From: an uncultured Acetobacteraceae bacterium
Lineage (GTDB): Bacteria > Pseudomonadota > Alphaproteobacteria > Acetobacterales > Acetobacteraceae
NCBI GenBank assembly: GCA_964245345.1
Contig: CAXTMS010000008.1
Span: 1-36,520, forward strand
Reading direction: 5' to 3'
DNA: 36,520 nt
Under the pieces are notes generated by a model. That model was not told the origin of the DNA and made no database searches. It saw only the letters and a list, made by a program, of their open reading frames with translations. Position 1 is the stretch's first letter. The number at the start of each line of letters is the position of its first letter. Made by a program: the position numbers and the translations under genes. This document shows positions 11,932 through 21,010 of the stretch, piece after piece.

Positions 11932-13515
11932 CTAGTGCCCGGCCTTGCCGCCGCCGCCGCTCACCACCGGCCTGAGCAGGAAGCAGAACGGCACCACCGC
12001 GAAGGCGAGCATGGACACGATCACGAAGGCGTCGTTGTAGGCCAGCACGGAGGATTGCTGGAGGAACTGCTGGTGCAGCTGGTTCTGCGCCATCGCCGAC
12101 GCGGCGGAAGGCGGATATCCCATCGCCCGCGCCGCCCGCTGGATGTGGTCCAGGTAGTCGTTGTAGGGCTGATGGAACGGCGTCATCCAGTGCACCATGT
12201 GCGCTTCCTGCGCCTGGGTGCGCTCGGTCACCAGCGAGGTGCTGAGCGAGATGCCGATCGCCCCCAGCACGTTGCGCGACATGCTGTAGAGCGCGGCCGC
12301 GTCGCCGTTCAGCTCGCGCGGCAGGGTTTGAAAGGCGATGGTGCTGATCGGCACGAACAGGAAGCCGAGCGCCCCGGACTGCGCGAGCCGGTACTCGACC
12401 AGCGTCCGGAAGTCGATCTGCGGCACCAGGTGCGCGGCGACGACCAGGGCCACCCCCATGATCCCGAAGCCGAAAGCGATTATGTAGCGGGTCTGCACCC
12501 GCTTCAGCAACTGGTTCACGATCGGGATCAAGATGATGACTGTGAGGCTGCCGGGCGACAGCAGCAGCCCCGCGAGCGTGGCGGTGTAGCCGATCACCTG
12601 CTGCGCGAATTGCGGGATCAGCACCGAGCTTGCGTAGAGCACGATGCCGACGATGCCGATCAGCAGGGTGCAGATCGCGAAGTTGCGGTCCTTGAACACG
12701 CGCAGGTTGACCGCCGGGCGCTTGGTGGTCAGCAGCCAGCCGATCGCGCCGACGATCCCGATCAGGCTGAGCACGCCCATGGTGCGGATAAAGGGCGAGC
12801 CGAACCAGTCGTCATCCTCGCCGCGGTCCATCATCACCTCGAGGCAGCCAAGGCCGAGCGTGATCAGGCCGAGGCCGACGAAGTCCGCCGGCGCGCGCTG
12901 CTTCCGGGCCCAGGGCGGGTCCTCGACCAGCGCGCTCACCGCCAGCACGGCGAAGATGCCGACCGGAACGTTGACGAAGAACACCCAGCGCCAGGACGCG
13001 TTGTCGGTGATGTAGCCGCCCAGCGTCGGGCCCAGCACCGGGGCGACGATGGTGGCGATCGCGGTGATGGCGAAGGCGCCGCCGCGCTTGGCCTGCGGAA
13101 AGGTGTCGAGGATGATGGCCTGCTGGTTCGGCTGCAGGCCGCCGCCGAAGAAGCCCTGCATCAGCCGGAACACGATCAGCTCGGGCAGGTTCTCCGCGAT
13201 CCCGCACAGGAACGAGAAGACGGTGAACATGCCGATGCAGATCAGGAAGTAGCGCTTTCGCCCCAGCACCCGGCCGAGCCAGCCGGACACCGTCAGCACG
13301 ATGCCGTTCGCCGCGAGGTAGGAGGTCAGCGTCCAGCTGGCATCGTCGTAGGAGGTCGACAGGTTGCCGGCGATGTGCGGCAGGGCGACGTTGACGATGG
13401 TGGTGTCGAGCGTTTCCATGAACGCGGCGAGGGTCACCACCACGGCGATCAGCCAGATGTTGCCCTTGGGCTTCCAGTCGCCCCGGTCGGCGCTTGCGGC
13501 TTTCGATCCGCTCAC
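11932..13515 (-). CDS. DHA2 family (EmrB/QacA) MFS efflux permease
   Basis: FMETLDTTIVNVALP, WTLTSYL, FRLMQG, GPTLGGYIT, WRWVFFVNVPVG; GTG start overlaps the upstream stop (GTGA). Confidence 0.93.
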   Translation of the reverse strand: MSGSKAASADRGDWKPKGNIWLIAVVVTLAAFMETLDTTIVNVALPHIAGNLSTSYDDASWTLTSYLAANGIVLTVSGWLGRVLGRKRYFLICIGMFTVFSFLCGIAENLPELIVFRLMQGFFGGGLQPNQQAIILDTFPQAKRGGAFAITAIATIVAPVLGPTLGGYITDNASWRWVFFVNVPVGIFAVLAVSALVEDPPWARKQRAPADFVGLGLITLGLGCLEVMMDRGEDDDWFGSPFIRTMGVLSLIGIVGAIGWLLTTKRPAVNLRVFKDRNFAICTLLIGIVGIVLYASSVLIPQFAQQVIGYTATLAGLLLSPGSLTVIILIPIVNQLLKRVQTRYIIAFGFGIMGVALVVAAHLVPQIDFRTLVEYRLAQSGALGFLFVPISTIAFQTLPRELNGDAAALYSMSRNVLGAIGISLSTSLVTERTQAQEAHMVHWMTPFHQPYNDYLDHIQRAARAMGYPPSAASAMAQNQLHQQFLQQSSVLAYNDAFVIVSMLAFAVVPFCFLLRPVVSGGGGKAGH

Positions 13516-14690
13516 CGGACGTCCACCGTGGGCTCGACCGAGGCGCCGAGCGGCAGCGGCAACAGCGGGTCGAGCCCCTCGTCGATCACCACCTTGACCG
13601 GCACGCGCTGCACGATCTTGACGAAGTTGCCGGTCGCGTTCTCCGGCGGAAACGCCGAGAACGCGGCGCCGGAGCCGCGCTGGATGCTGTCCACGTGGCC
13701 GCGCAGCTTCATCCCGGGATAAGCGTCGACGTTGATCCGCACCGGCTGGCCGGGACGCAGGCGGGTGATCTGGGTTTCCTTGAAGTTGGCGGAGATCCAG
13801 ATTTCCGGCTCGACAATCGAGAACACCGACTGCCCGGTTTGCAGATAAGCGCCGCGCTCGACGTTGCGCTGCGCGATCCAGCCGTCGTGCGGGGCGCGGA
13901 TCACCGTCCAGCCGAGGTTGAGGCTTGCCTGCTCGAGCTGCGCCTTGGCCTGCTCCAGCGTGCCGGCCTGCTGCGTCACGCGCGTCTGCTGCGTGCCGAT
14001 CTGCGGCTTGACCGGGCTCGCCTGCTGCAGCTGGCCTTCCGCCTGCAGCACCTGCGCCTTGGCCTGGTCCAGCGCCGCGGTGGAATAGTCGACCTGCTGC
14101 TGCGTGGTGGCGGCGCGCTCGACCGTGTGCTGCCGCTTGTAGTCGGTTTCGGCGCGGAACTCCTGCGCCTGCGCCAGCAGCAGCTGGCCCTGCGCCTGCT
14201 TCAGCTGGCCGGGAAAGTTCTGCTTCGACACCTCGACCGCGAACTTCGCGGAGGCGAGCTGGCCTTCCGCCTGGTCCACGTTGGCCTGCGCGGCGTCGCG
14301 GCTGGCCTGGTAGTCGCGCGGGTCGATGCGGAGCAGGATCTGGCCCTCGTGCACGTACTCGTTGTCGTTGACGTCGAGCTCGGTGACGTAGCCGGCCACG
14401 TGCGGCGCCACGGTGATGGTGCGGCCGGAGGTGTAGGCGTCGTCGGTCGACACCTCGTTGCGCGTCAGCCACCAGTAGGAGGCGCCACCCGTCACCAGGG
14501 CCAGCACGAACACCACCAGGCCGATCTTGACGAACGGCTTGGCCCTGTCCCGCTCTTCCTGCTCCTTGTCGTCCTTCTGCGCCTTGCCGTCGTCGTTGTC
14601 GGGCGCGTCGTGCTTGTCCTCGGTCGGCTTGTTGTCGTCCTGCTGCCGCCGATTCTGGTCGTCGTTGTGCGGCTGCTCGTCCTCGGCCAT
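13512..14690 (-). CDS. HlyD/EmrA family membrane fusion protein
   Basis: STDDAY, lipoyl-like halves around a coiled coil, SANFKETQI, FPPENATGNFVKIVQRVPV. Confidence 0.94.
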   Translation of the reverse strand: MAEDEQPHNDDQNRRQQDDNKPTEDKHDAPDNDDGKAQKDDKEQEERDRAKPFVKIGLVVFVLALVTGGASYWWLTRNEVSTDDAYTSGRTITVAPHVAGYVTELDVNDNEYVHEGQILLRIDPRDYQASRDAAQANVDQAEGQLASAKFAVEVSKQNFPGQLKQAQGQLLLAQAQEFRAETDYKRQHTVERAATTQQQVDYSTAALDQAKAQVLQAEGQLQQASPVKPQIGTQQTRVTQQAGTLEQAKAQLEQASLNLGWTVIRAPHDGWIAQRNVERGAYLQTGQSVFSIVEPEIWISANFKETQITRLRPGQPVRINVDAYPGMKLRGHVDSIQRGSGAAFSAFPPENATGNFVKIVQRVPVKVVIDEGLDPLLPLPLGASVEPTVDVR

Positions 14691-14909
14691 CGTGCCCCCG
14701 GCGCGGTTGACGATCGCGCCAGCACTGACCGATCCGTCCGCTTAAGCTGCCATAGCACCCCATCGCGGGCAATCCCGATGGCCGGATGGCGGGCGATGCG
14801 GACGGTCTTCGCCGTAACCTGGATGCAACATTCGACATGGTGGGTTACACCAGCCGGCACGACATTTAGCCGTTCAGCTGTCATGCGCTAGGCCGGGGCT
14901 ACAGGCAGG

Positions 14910-16304
14910 ATGACCATGACGACCAGGACGCGTTCGGCAAGGGCATCCTTCAGGGGACATGCGGTCCCCGCCGGGGGATCGCTGCTGGCCAGCGCGGTGT
15001 CGTTGGAGAACATCCGGCGCCTGTTCAGCCCGCGGTCGGGCCTGGCACCCAAGGCGGTGCTGGCGGCCGGGATCAGCTACCTGTTCCTTCCGATCGACCT
15101 GATCCCGGACCGGCTGCCATGGATCGGCCACCTCGACGAGATGGGCTTCCTGCTGCTCGGCTTCGCCGGCGGGCTGCTGTTGTCGATGCCGCCGGCGGCC
15201 GGTGCCGAGGTTCGTGCGCCGAGCCTGATCGCCAAGTGGACGCAGCGCCTGGCATGGCGGACCATGCGGCTCGGCGTGGCCGGGCTGCTCGGCCGGTTCG
15301 CGCTGCGCCTGATGCTGGGGCGCTGGCCGGATCCGGCGGAGCTGGTCGCGTTCTGCGAAGGCTTCGACGCCAACGCGCACGGCCTGCCGCCGCTGCTTCG
15401 TGCCGCCGCCTACGTTCCGGCCGCGCGCACGCTGCTCAACCGCGCCATGCTGCTGAGCACGCAGCGCAGCGGAACCTCGGCCCGGCTCGGCGCGGCGCAG
15501 ATGATGGGCAACCCGATGGCGCTGTGGCGCGGCCCCAAGGTGCGGTTCCTGCATCTCGAGAAGACGGCCGGCTCCTCGCTGATCGTGGCGCTGGCGGCGC
15601 AGTTCCACCCGCTGCAGATCCACTCCGATACCGACCGTCGAGGACGCTCGCCCGACCAGCAGTGGACGCGGCACGAGTCCGAGGCAGCGCATCGGCAGGC
15701 CGCGGCGGTCTGGGGGCACTACGACCTGCCGGCGCTGCGTCGCCTCGACGGCAACGAGCCCTGCTTCCGCTTCTGCCTGCTGCGCGATCCGAGGCAGCGG
15801 ATCCTGTCGCTCTACTACTTCTGGCGGTCGAACGAGGAGGAAGAGGGCGAAAGCGTGCGGTTCGCGCACGAGAACAGGCTGCTGCCGTTCCTGCAGGCGG
15901 AGAACCCGAACATCCGCAACGACATCGACAACATGTACGTGCGCCGGCTGACAGGCCTGTACGTGACGCGTTCCGCGGATCCGGTGCGCGACGCGCCGGA
16001 GGCGGCGCTGGCGGAGGCGCTCGCGGCCCTCGACGGGCTCGACCTGGTCGGCATCTCGAACCGCCTGGGAGACAGCCTGTCGGTGCTGGGGCGCATGCTC
16101 GGCTTCACGCCGCCGTCCCGCACGCCGGAAGTGAACGTGCAGCTGAACGCCGAGCGGAACGCCCTGCTGCCGGTGCGGCCTACCGCACGCGAGCCGCACA
16201 CGCCCGAGATCGAGGCCGAGCTCGACCGCCTCACCCGCCTCGACATCGTGCTCTACCGCCACGCCGAGCAGCGGTTCCGGTCCCTCGTCGAGGCCGACGC
16301 CTAG
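14910..16304 (+). CDS. YkvA/DUF1232-like membrane domain fused to sulfotransferase family 2-like domain
   Basis: YLFLPIDLIPDRLPWIGHLDE (YkvA-like); FLHLEKTAGSSL (5'-phosphosulfate-binding loop); LRDPRQRILSLYYF (3'-phosphate-binding motif); C-terminal LDIVLY. Confidence 0.8.
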   Translation: MTMTTRTRSARASFRGHAVPAGGSLLASAVSLENIRRLFSPRSGLAPKAVLAAGISYLFLPIDLIPDRLPWIGHLDEMGFLLLGFAGGLLLSMPPAAGAEVRAPSLIAKWTQRLAWRTMRLGVAGLLGRFALRLMLGRWPDPAELVAFCEGFDANAHGLPPLLRAAAYVPAARTLLNRAMLLSTQRSGTSARLGAAQMMGNPMALWRGPKVRFLHLEKTAGSSLIVALAAQFHPLQIHSDTDRRGRSPDQQWTRHESEAAHRQAAAVWGHYDLPALRRLDGNEPCFRFCLLRDPRQRILSLYYFWRSNEEEEGESVRFAHENRLLPFLQAENPNIRNDIDNMYVRRLTGLYVTRSADPVRDAPEAALAEALAALDGLDLVGISNRLGDSLSVLGRMLGFTPPSRTPEVNVQLNAERNALLPVRPTAREPHTPEIEAELDRLTRLDIVLYRHAEQRFRSLVEADA

Positions 16305-16329
16305 GGCCCCAGCTGAGCGGCTCGATGGT

Positions 16330-18123
16330 TCAGGCGAGCGCCAGCCCCTGGGTGCGCACAAGCCGCGCGTAGAGCCCGTCGCGCTCCATCAGCGCGGCAT
16401 GGCTGCCGCACTCCACCGCCTGCCCGTCCGACAGGGCCACCACCAGGTCGGCCGAGCGCACCGTCGACAGCCGGTGCGCCACCACCACGGTGGTGCGTCC
16501 TTGCCGCAGCCGGGCCAGCGCCTCCTGAACCATCGCCTCGCTTTCGGTGTCGAGCGCGCTGGTCGCCTCGTCCAGCAGCAGCAGGCGGGGATCGCGGAGC
16601 AAGGCTCGGGCAAGCGCCACGCGCTGCCGCTGCCCGCCGGACAAGCGCTGGCCGCCGGGGCCGACGCGGGTCGCGAAGCCGTCCGGCAGCGCCAGGATGA
16701 AATCCGCGGCCGCGGCCGCCGCGGCCGCGTCGCGCACCGCGGCGTCGTCGGCGTCGGCGCGGCCCATGCGTATGTTGTCGGCAACCGTGGCGTCGAACAG
16801 CAGCGTGTCCTGGCTGACATAGGCGATGGCGTCGCGGAGTGCCGCGAGGCGCAGGTCGCGCAGGTCCACCCCGTCCAGCAGGATGCGGCCCGCCGACACG
16901 TCGTGCAGGCGTGGGATCAGCGACAGCGCGGTGGACTTGCCCGCACCCGACGGACCGACCAGCGCCACGGTCAGGCCAGGCTCGGCGACGAAGCTGAGGT
17001 CGCGCAGGCCGGCGCGCCCGTCCGGGTAGCGGAAGGCGACCTCCTCGAACACCAGCCTGCCACGCCCCATGGCGAGCGGCCGCGCCGTCGGCCGTTCGAC
17101 CACGCCGGGCGGCTCGTCGATCACCCCGAAGATGCGCTCGAGCCCGGCCAGGCCTTCCTGCACTGCCGCGTTCAGCGAACCCAGCGCCCGCAGCGGGCGT
17201 GCTGCGATCAGCAGGGCGGCGACGAAGCCGGAAAAGCTGCCAAGCGTGGCACCGCCCATGGCCGCCCGCCAGCCGGCGAAGCCCAACACCGCCGCCACCG
17301 CCGTGCCGCCAAGCACCTCCAGCACCGGGTCGACGCGGGCGCGACCGCGGGTGATTCGGAGCAGGCTGTTGTGCAGCATGTCGAAGGACCGGTTGGCGCG
17401 AAGCGTTTCGGCCTGCTCCAGCCGGTAGACGCGCACGCTGCGGGCCTGGGCGAAGCTCTCGTTCAGCAGGGTGGCGGTGTTGCCGATCTGCTCCTGCATC
17501 CCCCCCGAGGCGCGCCTGACGCGCTTGCCGATGCGCTGGATCGGCACCGCCGCCAGCGGATAAAGCAGGGCCGCGATCAGGCTCAGCTCCCAGTCCATCA
17601 CGAACATGCCGACCACCAGCCCGACCACGGTGACGGCGTCGCCGAGCGAGTTCACCGCCCGGATCATCGCCTCGCGTATGGTGATGGCGTCGGTGGTGAA
17701 ACGGGCCGCGAGCTGGGCCGGCGCTTCGCGCTCGATCCGCGCGAGGTCGGCCGCGACCAGATGGCCGAACATCTGCCGCTGCAGGTCGCGGATCACCACC
17801 AGCACCAGGTCCTGCACCGCGATGGTCTGGCCGTACTGCGCCGCCGCCTTGGCCGCGGTGATCATCACCACCAGGGCCGGCACCTGGTACAGGATACGCG
17901 GGTCGTGCGCCGCGAACATGTCGAGCGCGCGCCGGATCACCAGCGGGTAGAGCGCGGTCAGACCCGCCATCAGCAGGGTCAGCACCAGCATCGACAGGAG
18001 GCGGCCGCGGTGATGCCGCACGTCCTCGCGCCAAAGCCTGTGCAGGAGGGACAGGCTGGGCGGGGATCGGACGGGCCGCTTCACGGCGGTGGCGGCGGCC
18101 GCCGGGTTTGGCACGACGTTCAT
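16330..18123 (-). CDS. MsbA-like ABC exporter (TMD + NBD)
   Basis: Hydrophobic N-terminal half; GPSGAGKS, LSGGQRQR, LLLDEATSALD, AHRLST. Confidence 0.93.
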   Translation of the reverse strand: MNVVPNPAAAATAVKRPVRSPPSLSLLHRLWREDVRHHRGRLLSMLVLTLLMAGLTALYPLVIRRALDMFAAHDPRILYQVPALVVMITAAKAAAQYGQTIAVQDLVLVVIRDLQRQMFGHLVAADLARIEREAPAQLAARFTTDAITIREAMIRAVNSLGDAVTVVGLVVGMFVMDWELSLIAALLYPLAAVPIQRIGKRVRRASGGMQEQIGNTATLLNESFAQARSVRVYRLEQAETLRANRSFDMLHNSLLRITRGRARVDPVLEVLGGTAVAAVLGFAGWRAAMGGATLGSFSGFVAALLIAARPLRALGSLNAAVQEGLAGLERIFGVIDEPPGVVERPTARPLAMGRGRLVFEEVAFRYPDGRAGLRDLSFVAEPGLTVALVGPSGAGKSTALSLIPRLHDVSAGRILLDGVDLRDLRLAALRDAIAYVSQDTLLFDATVADNIRMGRADADDAAVRDAAAAAAAADFILALPDGFATRVGPGGQRLSGGQRQRVALARALLRDPRLLLLDEATSALDTESEAMVQEALARLRQGRTTVVVAHRLSTVRSADLVVALSDGQAVECGSHAALMERDGLYARLVRTQGLALA

Positions 18124-18181
18124 TCCGGGCGTTTACCAGCGGGTTCCGCCAACCACAAACCGTTCGCCGCGGACCCCTGGT

Positions 18182-18207
18182 GGAACGGGAACAGGGCGCA
18201 CGCCGTT
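18182..18207 (+). promoter_or_regulatory. Putative EcfG/sigmaT-type general stress promoter (GGAAC-N17-CGTT)
   Basis: Exact GGAAC gggaacagggcgcacgc CGTT, ending about 70 nt before the ATG at 18280. Confidence 0.65.
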
Positions 18208-18279
18208 GCGGCCGCGTGTACGGCCGGCCGCCTCGTGCCCTGGGGATAGGCAGGGTGCATCCAGGATAAGGGTCCGGCC

Positions 18280-19073
18280 ATGTCGCTGCTGCACAACCTG
18301 AGTTGCCGACGCTGCTTCAGCCGCGGCCTGGCCGCAACCGCAGTGGCCACGCCGCTTGCCACTCTGTTTGGCCGGAACGCCAGGGCCGGAAACAAGCACG
18401 AGGCGCCGGTGCCGGGCAGTCCGGTCTCGACCCGCAGCCACCTGCTCGACACGGCGGCGGATCCATCCAGTCCAAGAAGCCGCTCGACGCGATGAGCGCC
18501 TATCTCAACGGCTTCCACTTCTACGCCGACGACATGGGCCGGCAGGTGGAAGCGAACCACTACTGCACGCACCTGACGGAAGATTTCCACCAGTGCGTCA
18601 TCTACGACTCGAACCGGGCGGACGCGAAGCTGATCGGCATCGAGTACATCGTCAGCAGGAGGCTGTTCGCGACGCTTCCGGACGACGAGAAGAGGCTCTG
18701 GCACAGCCACGACTACGAGGTCAGCTCGGGCGAGCTGATCGCGCCGGGCGTTCCGGACCTGGCCGAGCACGCCGTCATGGCCGACCTGGCCGGCACCTAC
18801 GGCAAGACCTGGCACACCTGGCAGGTCGACAGGAACCACGACTTCCCGATGGGGATCCCGCAGCTGATGATGGGGTTCACAAGGGACAACCAGGTCGACC
18901 AACAGATGCTGGCGGACCGGGACAAGCGGTTCGGCGTGTCGACCCGCGACGAGAAGTGCTACCGCGCGGACCTTGTGGCGCCCGAACCGCTTGACGGCGC
19001 GAATGCCTGGCGGAACGGACGGACGATGCAGCTGGCACTGCGGGAGGTGCCGGTCAGGAACCTCAGGAGCTGA
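18280..19073 (+). pseudogene. OBAP/DUF1264 family protein, frameshifted near 18462 (pseudogene, sequencing error or split gene)
   Basis: First frame (18280-18495) gives a Tat-like leader ending ...LLDTAAD; the -1 frame continues IQSKKPLDAMSAYLNGFHFY...ANHYC...QCVIYD...LIGIEYIVS...LWHSHDYEV...TYGKTWHTWQ. Confidence 0.8.
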
Positions 19074-19086
19074 TCGGCAGCGCGCG

Positions 19087-20268
19087 TCAGGTGCGCAGAA
19101 GAAAGCCGAGCCGGGCCAGGCAGGCGGCGCGATCGGGCCGGCAGCCATTCTCGCGCCACCAGCCTTCCACCGTTCGCAGCGCGATGCCGACCGCCGGCCC
19201 GGGTTGCAGTCCCGCGGCAACCGCGTCGCGTCCCGACAACGGAAACACCGGCCGGTCGAGCGCGTGCAGGCGCCGGCACAGCGAGATCGCGGTCGCAGGG
19301 TCGCCCGACGCCGCGGCGCCGAGCCGGCTGCGGTCGCACAACGAGGCCGCGTCGCCGTCGACGAGCAGCCGACGCAGCGCGTCGTCGTCGAGGCCAGGAT
19401 CCGGACGGATGCCGTGCATCAGGATGTGGAGGCGGTCGGCGTCGGCGTTCGACAGCTTGAGCCGGACGGCAATGTCCGCCGCGTCGCCCGACGCCAGCGC
19501 GGCCAGGCGAAGCAGAGGGTCCGGAGGGGCGTCGAGCGCCAGCAGGCGTATCAGGCGCTGCGGGTCGCCGCCCTGTGGCAGCAGCGCGCCCAGCACGCCC
19601 AGCCGGTGCATCAGCCAGATCGCGCCGGCAGGGTCGGGGCCTTCGAGCAGCCGGCGCAGTTCCGCCCACACGCGTTCCGCCGACAGGCGCCGCAGCAGCC
19701 CGACCGAAGCCCCGATGGCCTCGGTCGCCGTTCCGTCCGGAGCGCCGCGCCCAAAGCGCGCGTGGAAACGGAAGAAGCGGAGGATGCGCAGCGCGTCCTC
19801 CGTGATCCGGGTGGCGGCGTCGCCCACGAACCGCACCCGGCCGGCGTCGAGATCGTCGGCGCCGTCAAAGTAGTCGTGCAGGTCCCCCTGCCGGTCGACC
19901 GACATGGCGTTGATGGTGAAGTCGCGGCGCGCGGCGTCCTCGCGCCAATCGTCGCTCCAGGCCACCACGGCATGGCGCCCATCGGTTTCGACGTCGCGGC
20001 GCAGGGTGGTGATCTCGAACGGCTGCCCGGCCACCAGGGCGGTCACGGTACCGTGGGCAAGCCCGGTCGGGATCACCTTGATGCCGTCGTCGCGGAGACG
20101 GCCCATCACCGTTTGCGGCGGCTCGGGCGTGGCGAGGTCGAGGTCCGATACCGGTCGGGCCGCCAGCAGGTCACGCACCACGCCGCCGACCAGACGGGCA
20201 TGCGGCAGGATGGACCAGATCCGCGACAGCCCGTTCCGGCCGGGCAGCCGGTCCAGGTCCACCGTCAC
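19087..20268 (-). CDS. CCA tRNA nucleotidyltransferase / poly(A) polymerase family (class II)
   Basis: LVGGVVRD, DLDLAT, RRDFTINAM, EDALRILRFFRF; GTG start overlaps the DUF1285 stop. Confidence 0.93.
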   Translation of the reverse strand: MTVDLDRLPGRNGLSRIWSILPHARLVGGVVRDLLAARPVSDLDLATPEPPQTVMGRLRDDGIKVIPTGLAHGTVTALVAGQPFEITTLRRDVETDGRHAVVAWSDDWREDAARRDFTINAMSVDRQGDLHDYFDGADDLDAGRVRFVGDAATRITEDALRILRFFRFHARFGRGAPDGTATEAIGASVGLLRRLSAERVWAELRRLLEGPDPAGAIWLMHRLGVLGALLPQGGDPQRLIRLLALDAPPDPLLRLAALASGDAADIAVRLKLSNADADRLHILMHGIRPDPGLDDDALRRLLVDGDAASLCDRSRLGAAASGDPATAISLCRRLHALDRPVFPLSGRDAVAAGLQPGPAVGIALRTVEGWWRENGCRPDRAACLARLGFLLRT

Positions 20269-20891
20269 GCCGTGTCGTCCGACGCGGCCTCCGTCAACGG
20301 GCCGATCGGGAAGAAGCGGTTCTGGCTCCACACCCCCATGCACGGCACGCCGGCACGGGTTCCCTCCACCGCAAGCGCCACCAGCTCGTAGTACACCGCA
20401 CGCGCGATCCGGGCCTGGATCGGACGGTGGCCGTCCCCCGGCCGGACCACGAGGTAGGGGATCGCCGTGCCCTGGTCGCCGCCGCAGGCGCAGGACCAGT
20501 CCACGTCCAGCGGGTTGTCGGGCCCGGCACAGACGATCTCGTCGACGTTGGTGCGGAACGCCAGCACCTGGCTGCGTCCGCTGCCGCGCCATTCCAGCTC
20601 CACCGCGACGAACGGGACGTCCTCGACCTCGATCTCTCCGCGCTCCGCCGGGGTTTCCAGCCGGTAGCGTCCGGCCGGATCGCGTCGCAGCACGCTGGCG
20701 AACAGGCACACCATCGGCTTGCGGCGGATCGGCGAGCCCTTGTAGAGCCAGGTGCCGTCGCGCTGGATCAGGAACGGCAGCAGCCCGCATTCCCGTGGAG
20801 GCGGGCGTGTGGACAGGCCGGACGGATGCAAGGCGCTGGACGCGCAGTCGAGGCGGGCGGTGCGCAGGTCCGGGAACCGCTCATGCTTCAC
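20265..20891 (-). CDS. DUF1285 family protein (start uncertain)
   Basis: IQRDGTWLYKGSPIRR..MVCLFASVLRR, LETPAE..IEVEDVPFVAV, FRTNVDE, PYLVVR. Confidence 0.85.
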   Translation of the reverse strand: MKHERFPDLRTARLDCASSALHPSGLSTRPPPRECGLLPFLIQRDGTWLYKGSPIRRKPMVCLFASVLRRDPAGRYRLETPAERGEIEVEDVPFVAVELEWRGSGRSQVLAFRTNVDEIVCAGPDNPLDVDWSCACGGDQGTAIPYLVVRPGDGHRPIQARIARAVYYELVALAVEGTRAGVPCMGVWSQNRFFPIGPLTEAASDDTA

Positions 20892-21010
20892 GGGACGATC
20901 CCCTGCCGACCCGTGGAGCGCGATGCTGTGCCATGGGTTCGGATATAGGAAGCGCACCCGGCTTGATGAAACCCCCGGACATGGCAGATTGGCCATGTGG
21001 AGCAGGTGCG

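Noticed and set aside
11932-14838. 968-aa ORF suggesting a giant MFS fusion
   Set aside because: The N-terminal part is an off-frame reading of emrA; the permease starts at the GTGA overlap at 13515
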